This document shows positions 31,444-32,000 of a stretch of DNA of 32,000 bases, piece after piece. The DNA is from Candidatus Saccharimonadota bacterium. GTDB taxonomy: Archaea; Nanohalarchaeota; Nanosalinia; Nanosalinales; Nanosalinaceae. Position 1 is the first letter of the stretch. Every line of letters starts with the position of its first letter. Location of the stretch: positions 330,001-362,000 of the forward strand of contig NZ_CP180230.1 of NCBI RefSeq assembly GCF_047555085.1, written 5' to 3'. A program made the position numbers and the translations under genes. The notes beneath the pieces are model-generated. The model saw nothing but the letters and a program-made list of their open reading frames with translations. It was not told the origin of the DNA and ran no database searches.

Positions 31444-32000
31444 TTACCTGAAAATTTTTCTTGCGTTCACGGTAGAGGCCTCTACAACTTTCTCGTAATT
31501 CGTCTCCTTGATCTCGGCGATTTTCTCAGCACTCTCCTTTACGTTGACAGGTTCGTTCCGTTCTCCACGGTACAGGAACGGCGAATCCGTTTCAAGAAGC
31601 AGTTTTTCAAGGCCTATTCTATCAACGATTTCCTGAACACGGTTCGAATAAAGTACCTGTGTCGTAACGCCGATGAAGTATCCTTTCTCCACAGCTTCCT
31701 CCGCCAGTTCTGGTGCTCCGTTGAAACAGTGAAGCATAACATCTTTGAGATCGTATTCTCCCAGTATCTCAACTGTTCTCTTCTCGGCATCTCTTGTATG
31801 CAGTACGACAGGCTTTCCAAGCTCCTCCGCCAGATCCAGCATCTCCCGGAAAACTTTCTCCTGCTCATCCCTACTTTCGCTCTCCGTTACGTGATGATGG
31901 TCAAGGCCTATCTCGCCTATTGCCACAGGATCATTTTCACGGATCTGCTTTTTTATCCTGTCTATTTCATCGAAACTTTCCGTATACGTCGGATGAAGGC
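31444..32000 (-). CDS. tatD: TatD-family metal-dependent hydrolase/DNase (N-terminus lies beyond window end)
   Basis: AIGEIGLDHHH, VVLHTRDAE, MLHCFNG and LLLETDSPF motifs. The frame stays open upstream of the ORF-track GTG (..LHPTYTESFDEIDRIKKQIRENDPVAIGE..) to position 32000. Confidence 0.88.
   Translation of the reverse strand, partial: LHPTYTESFDEIDRIKKQIRENDPVAIGEIGLDHHHVTESESRDEQEKVFREMLDLAEELGKPVVLHTRDAEKRTVEILGEYDLKDVMLHCFNGAPELAEEAVEKGYFIGVTTQVLYSNRVQEIVDRIGLEKLLLETDSPFLYRGERNEPVNVKESAEKIAEIKETNYEKVVEASTVNARKIFR

Larger units (their letters stand above)
89..31909. repeat. Dispersed over-represented palindrome AGGCCT (frequently GAGGCCT / AGGCCTC), about 130 copies
   Basis: Manual line-by-line scan; the count is approximate. 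First copy at 89..94, last at 31904..31909. Copies occur in coding sequence on both strands and in most spacers. Confidence 0.85.

Noticed and set aside
1-32000. CRISPR array or other tandem repeat array suggested by the constant recurrence of GAGGCCTC
   Set aside because: The repeated unit is only 6-8 bp, the spacing is irregular (from about 10 nt to more than 900 nt), and most copies lie inside well-supported protein-coding genes. No cas genes are present.

Overview
The window is a gene-dense archaeal chromosomal segment, roughly 90% coding, with several overlapping starts and stops. Archaeal markers are a group II chaperonin (thermosome), RFC small and large subunits, a Dpo4/DinB polymerase, a Fap7/AK6-type kinase, an Lhr helicase and many class III (prepilin-type) signal peptides. 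The proteins are markedly acidic, the GC content looks mid-40s % by eye, and spacers are very short. This fits a halophilic, reduced-genome archaeon such as a Nanohaloarchaeota/DPANN-like lineage, but that placement is inference only. The central third (7594..17111) is one co-directional type IV pilus-like cluster. It holds a coiled-coil/NQ-rich protein, four pilin-like genes, a FlaI/PilB-family ATPase, a platform protein split into two genes, and three more pilin-like genes, one of 576 aa. There are no archaellins and no prepilin peptidase in the window. The flanks carry housekeeping genes, one tRNA-Ser(CGA), a secreted polyglycine-rich protein, three ConA/LamG-like proteins without signal peptides, a BatA/vWA membrane protein pair, an FG/N/Q-rich disordered protein, a NYN-domain protein and a TatD fragment. 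The most striking non-genic signal is the palindrome AGGCCT, often GAGGCCTC. By my manual scan it occurs about 130 times, roughly 20-fold above a composition-based expectation, in all three reading frames, on genes of both strands, and in spacers. I found no CRISPR array, rRNA, integrase or transposase.
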